Assembly: GCA_905478165.1 (NCBI GenBank)
Contig: CAJQHK010000010.1
Coordinates: forward strand, 789-64,788
DNA from: an uncultured Rickettsiales bacterium
GTDB taxonomy: Bacteria; Pseudomonadota; Alphaproteobacteria; Rickettsiales; UBA1997
DNA length: 64,000 nt
Reading direction: 5' to 3'
The notes under the pieces were generated by a model. It saw only the letters and a program-made list of their open reading frames with translations, ran no database searches and was not told the origin of the DNA. Shown piece after piece: positions 60,114 through 64,000 of the stretch (position 1 is its first letter; the number at the start of each line of letters is the position of its first letter). A program made the translations under genes and the position numbers.

Positions 60114-61574
60114 ATGCTACTTAACAAGGTAATTAACCTAACAGAAAATATCAATATAACAAATATAGAAATTGACTCCAGAAAAATCTGTCAGAGGGGG
60201 TTATTTTTTGCTCTAAAGGGTGTCAAAAGCCATGGTCGTGATTTTATCGACCAGGCTATTTTTAATGGTGCTGTGGCTGTGATTTGTCAAGAAAATGAGG
60301 AGTCTATCACTGATAAAGGTGGTATTAAGATCTATAATAGGCCGGATGCTTTTGATTTATTAATCAAATCTTTACAAGAATTATATCCTAAATTACCAAA
60401 AAATATTATGGCCGCAACAGGCACTAATGGTAAAAGTTCAATTTGTCATTTTGTTTTTCAATTATTGAATTTTTTGGATTTAAAATCTGCCTTTATTGGC
60501 ACTTTAGGTATTAATTCTAATGTTAAAATTGATAATTTTGTGGAATCTAGTCTTACAACCTCAGATATTGTTACATTTTATAAAAATCTTAATATTTTAG
60601 CTAAAAATGATGTTGATAATGTGATTTTAGAGGCTAGTTCACTTGGGATTGAGCAGGGTAGATTAGCTGGTATTAAAATTTCCCTTGCTGCTTTTAGTAA
60701 TTTTACACAGGATCATTTAGATTTGCATAAAAATATGGAAAATTATTTTAAAGCAAAAATGTTGCTTTTTAATAATTTAATGGATGATAAATCTATTGCT
60801 GTTTTAAATTCTGATATTGCTGAATTTAATAAAATTAAAGAAATTTGCCAAAATAAATATCACAAAATCTATTCCTATGGTAAAAAGGGAGATTTTATTA
60901 AATTATTAAATGCTAAATCTAATGATTGGGGTTGGGATTTAAATTTAGAAATTGCTGGTCATAATTATCAGACACAAATCAAAGAAATTGCTAATTTTCA
61001 GATTTATAATATTATTTGCGCTCTATCTAGCGTAATTTCTTATTATAATTTGGATCAAACAAAAATAAAATTTTTATTACAAAAATTACCTGATTTAACT
61101 TCGGTTGATGGTAGAATGCAAAAAGTTGCGGAACTTGAAAATGGTGCAAAAATATTTATTGATTACGCTCATAGCCCCGATGCAATTGAAAATATTTTAA
61201 AAAATTCTAAAAAAATACAACATAATAAATTACATATTTTATTTGGTGCTGGTGGTGATCGTGATAAGACCAAAAGACCATTAATGGGAAAAATTTCCTC
61301 TCAATTTGCTGATAAAATTATTATTACCGATGATAATCCCAGATGTGAAGATGCTGCCCAAATTAGAAAAGAAATTTTATCTGCTTGTGATCAAGAAAAA
61401 ACTATTGAAATTGCTGGTCGTAAAATAGCAATTGAATATGCTGTCAAAAATTTAGAACAAGATGATATTTTATTAATTGCTGGTAAAGGTCATGAAAAAT
61501 ATCAAATTATTGCTGATCAAAAATTTGAGCTTGATGAAGAAAAAATTGTAATGGACGCTATCCACTTGATATAA
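60114..61574 (+). CDS. murE: UDP-N-acetylmuramoyl-L-alanyl-D-glutamate--2,6-diaminopimelate ligase
   Basis: 486 aa with the TGTNGKSS P-loop and a DDNPR motif (meso-DAP type). Confidence 0.92.
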   Translation: MLLNKVINLTENINITNIEIDSRKICQRGLFFALKGVKSHGRDFIDQAIFNGAVAVICQENEESITDKGGIKIYNRPDAFDLLIKSLQELYPKLPKNIMAATGTNGKSSICHFVFQLLNFLDLKSAFIGTLGINSNVKIDNFVESSLTTSDIVTFYKNLNILAKNDVDNVILEASSLGIEQGRLAGIKISLAAFSNFTQDHLDLHKNMENYFKAKMLLFNNLMDDKSIAVLNSDIAEFNKIKEICQNKYHKIYSYGKKGDFIKLLNAKSNDWGWDLNLEIAGHNYQTQIKEIANFQIYNIICALSSVISYYNLDQTKIKFLLQKLPDLTSVDGRMQKVAELENGAKIFIDYAHSPDAIENILKNSKKIQHNKLHILFGAGGDRDKTKRPLMGKISSQFADKIIITDDNPRCEDAAQIRKEILSACDQEKTIEIAGRKIAIEYAVKNLEQDDILLIAGKGHEKYQIIADQKFELDEEKIVMDAIHLI

Positions 61575-61625
61575 AAATGGTTTCATAAAGTTAGTTGGCA
61601 TGAAATTGAAGCTCAAGATAATAAA

Positions 61626-62966
61626 ATGTTAATGATAAAAAAAATACTAATAATTACATTTTTTGTAATATCACTAACTGGTAAATCACACTCCCTTTTT
61701 GTTATTCGCGACGGTGAAATTGAAGAATTTTTGCAGGAATTGACCTTGCCAATCATTCAAAAATCTGGTTTAGAGTCAAAAAATATTAAAATTTACATAG
61801 TTAATGATCCTGTAGTAAATGCTTTTGTGTCGAATGGGCAAAATATTTTTATTAACACAGGTCTTGTTACTAAATACACTGATCCCAATGTTTTGCGAGG
61901 AGTTTTGGCTCATGAAATTGCTCATATTGCGTCTGGTCATTTAGCGCGAGGATCGGAAGAAATTAAAAAAGCTCAGAATATCATGATGTTAACTTATTTA
62001 GCTGGCATTATTTCTGCTGCCACATCCAGTTCTGATACTGGTTACGCTATGCTAATGGGGGGTAATCAGGTGGCAGAAAGATTATTTTTAAAATATAATA
62101 GGTCGCAGGAGGAGGCGGCTGATATTTTAGCTTTAGAATATTTAAGAAAAACTAATAACAACCCACTTGGTTTATTAAAAATTTTAGAATTCTTTAAGTC
62201 TCAAACTGTTGGGCAGGAAATTGTTGATGAATATGCGCTTACTCACCCAATTAGTCAGCAAAGAATTAATTTTATTAAGGCAAATTTAGATCACTTTCCA
62301 GATAGTAATCATGACAATATTTCAATTGCACAAAATTTTAAAACACAAAGAATTGTAGCAAAATTAAAGGGTTTTTTAGATGATGTAGATATGACAATTA
62401 ATGAAACTGAGGGTGAACATAATTTTCTGAATCTTTATCGAAGGTCTATTGCCCTCTTTCAGTCTGGACAAACACAGAGGTCTCTTCAGATTCTTAATGA
62501 ATTATTGGCTAAAAATCCAAAGGATGCTTACTTATTGGAATTGAAGGGGCAGTTTTTATATGAATCTGGCGACATAAAGAATGCCATTATTTTTTACAAA
62601 AAATCTTTAGATATTAATGGTAATAATTTTCTTGCTAGAATTATTTTTGCTAAATCCATTTTAGATTTAGATTCTAACAATCCGGATTTAATACAAATTG
62701 CTATTGATAATCTTAAGATGGCTCTTTTAAAAGAGAAGGATAACTTACAAATATATCAGATTCTATCCGAATCTTACAAAAAAATAAATGATGAGGCTAT
62801 GGCGAATTTATCATTGGCAGAATATTATTTATTAGAAAATGACTCTAAGAATGCCACAGAATATTCACAAAAAGCTAAAAAACTTTTTAATAAAAATAAT
62901 AAAAGAGGGTTATTACGGGTAAATGATATTATTGAGATCTCTAAAAATATAGACACCACACCTTAA
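61626..62966 (+). CDS. bepA: periplasmic M48 metalloprotease with TPR domain (BepA/YfgC-like)
   Basis: 446 aa with a signal peptide, HEIAHIASGH (HExxH) plus a downstream EEAAD, and C-terminal TPR-like repeats. Confidence 0.8.
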   Translation: MLMIKKILIITFFVISLTGKSHSLFVIRDGEIEEFLQELTLPIIQKSGLESKNIKIYIVNDPVVNAFVSNGQNIFINTGLVTKYTDPNVLRGVLAHEIAHIASGHLARGSEEIKKAQNIMMLTYLAGIISAATSSSDTGYAMLMGGNQVAERLFLKYNRSQEEAADILALEYLRKTNNNPLGLLKILEFFKSQTVGQEIVDEYALTHPISQQRINFIKANLDHFPDSNHDNISIAQNFKTQRIVAKLKGFLDDVDMTINETEGEHNFLNLYRRSIALFQSGQTQRSLQILNELLAKNPKDAYLLELKGQFLYESGDIKNAIIFYKKSLDINGNNFLARIIFAKSILDLDSNNPDLIQIAIDNLKMALLKEKDNLQIYQILSESYKKINDEAMANLSLAEYYLLENDSKNATEYSQKAKKLFNKNNKRGLLRVNDIIEISKNIDTTP

Positions 62967-62981
62967 CAAGAAAAACCTAAC

Positions 62982-63064
62982 GGGGAGTCAAGATCTGTTC
63001 ATAAATCTTGGTGGAAGTTACTTACTCACAACTCCCCCTTAAAAAAGTAAATAGCTTTTTTAAG
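62982..63064. terminator. paired hairpins between convergent bepA-like and murJ genes (possible bidirectional terminator)
   Basis: The first stem is ggggagt (62982-88) with actcccc (63031-37), enclosing an inner caagat/atcttg stem. It is followed by the 10-bp AT stem cttaaaaaag / cttttttaag (63038-64). Confidence 0.4.
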
Positions 63065-63158
63065 AGTAAAAATATCTGATTTTGGTAGGGTTTTAAAATA
63101 CTTAACTTCTTTGTATTTTAGCTATTGTACAAAACTATTAACGTAGGGCAATCATTTG

Positions 63159-64000
63159 TTATCTATTTTTCTTAAAAAATATCTTGTTAAATTGTCTATT
63201 TTTAAATGGTAATTGATACAATCCAAAATATAAAATTACTGAGGAAGTAATGGTAATCGCTAATTTTAACTCATCTAAAAGATCAAAATTTTGCCAAAAT
63301 TTCTTTAAAAATATTAAAAATATTAACATAATTACTGATATTGTTAACGTAATTAGAAAGTTTTTATAAAAATACTTTTCAAAGAAAAAATAACCCTTTT
63401 TAAGAAGTTGTCTGGTTAATAGAGTTAAATTTAGATAGGAAGAGATTACTGATGCCATAATTATACCTAAATATCCAAAATATTGCATAAAAACTAGATT
63501 CAAACATAAATTTGTAAATAGGCAAATTATGGCAATTTTCATTACTGTTTTAGTGTCCCCCCTAGCAAAAAAACCGGGTTCTAAAATTTTAACTGCAATA
63601 AAAGCTGGCAATGCAGCCGCGTAAATCATCAAGGCGTTTGCTACTTTGATCGTTTCATTAACGGTAAAACTACCCCTTTCAAACAAAACTCTAACTATTT
63701 CTTCCGATAAAAAGCAAAGACCAATTGCTGATGGCATAGCTATCATTAGAGCAATTACTAGTATTTTATTGTGAAGATTATTTGCTTCAGTAAGTTTTTT
63801 TTTATGTATTTTTTGTGATAATGTCGGAAGAAGAGTTACCGAAAGTGCAATTCCAATCATTGCCAAAGGTAGTTGATTTATTCTGTCCGCATAGTAAATG
63901 TAAGAAATTCCTCCAGCAAATAAACTGGCAATCGCTGTATCAACCAACAGATTCATCTGCATAACATTTGCCCCAACAATTCCTGGTATAATTTTTTTAA
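63159..64000 (-). CDS. murJ: lipid II flippase MurJ (MviN), C-terminal part; N-terminus lies beyond the window end
   Basis: The frame stays open upstream of the track Met through position 64000 (..KKIIPGIVGANVMQMNLLVDT..). This is a polytopic MOP-superfamily sequence with the MurJ-typical QLNLLVDT-like block. Confidence 0.85.
   Translation of the reverse strand, partial: KKIIPGIVGANVMQMNLLVDTAIASLFAGGISYIYYADRINQLPLAMIGIALSVTLLPTLSQKIHKKKLTEANNLHNKILVIALMIAMPSAIGLCFLSEEIVRVLFERGSFTVNETIKVANALMIYAAALPAFIAVKILEPGFFARGDTKTVMKIAIICLFTNLCLNLVFMQYFGYLGIIMASVISSYLNLTLLTRQLLKKGYFFFEKYFYKNFLITLTISVIMLIFLIFLKKFWQNFDLLDELKLAITITSSVILYFGLYQLPFKNRQFNKIFFKKNR

Overview
This is a very AT-rich bacterial chromosomal segment, roughly 30% G+C by eye (not computed). 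It holds about 50 well-supported housekeeping genes. Their sequences and partial neighbourhoods look alphaproteobacterial: sdhCDA without sdhB, ctaB, rpoH, a type II glutamine synthetase and EF-G. Several things point to a host-associated lineage with a rearranged genome. Normally clustered genes are scattered and the spacers are long and repeat-filled. There is an IS630 relic, a RelE-like toxin relic, and small GC-richer ORFs with eukaryote-directed features. Rickettsiales/Holosporales-like is a guess, not a determination. Core content is thiC, gap, rlmE, folC, pheA, queC, ctaB, thiD, sdhCDA, yidC, trpA, tRNA-Asp, atpHAG, carA-carB-pyrB, glnII, uvrD, murA, panB, an AsmA-like gene, argB, rpoH, rpoD, secA, nhaA, lnt, fusA, tyrS, tatD, ubiA, murE, a BepA-like gene and murJ. 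The ORF track leaves four things unexplained. (1) An orphan three-gene module has PilM/N-PilO-PilP (MshIJK / GspL-M-C)-like topology. (2) Two accessory islets encode effector-like proteins, one at 21.8-23.3 kb beside tRNA-Asp and one at 37.2-38.5 kb beside the IS630 relic. One protein starts MGNCPT, several are broken by an in-frame TAA or a frameshift, and two have near-identical extended -10 promoter cassettes. (3) At least four families of dispersed intergenic repeats (A-D) are present. One is orientation-locked just upstream of start codons. One is MITE-like with 19-bp terminal inverted repeats, and a longer version of it carries the toxin relic. (4) Small ORFs are missing from the track: a Trm112-like ORF, a basic 39-mer, and a 54-codon ORF in a GC-rich insert inside the atp operon. 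I saw no rRNA, CRISPR array or intact mobile element. Coordinates derived by hand (repeats, motifs, small ORFs) may be off by 1-3 nt. All family assignments rest on remembered motifs, not searches.
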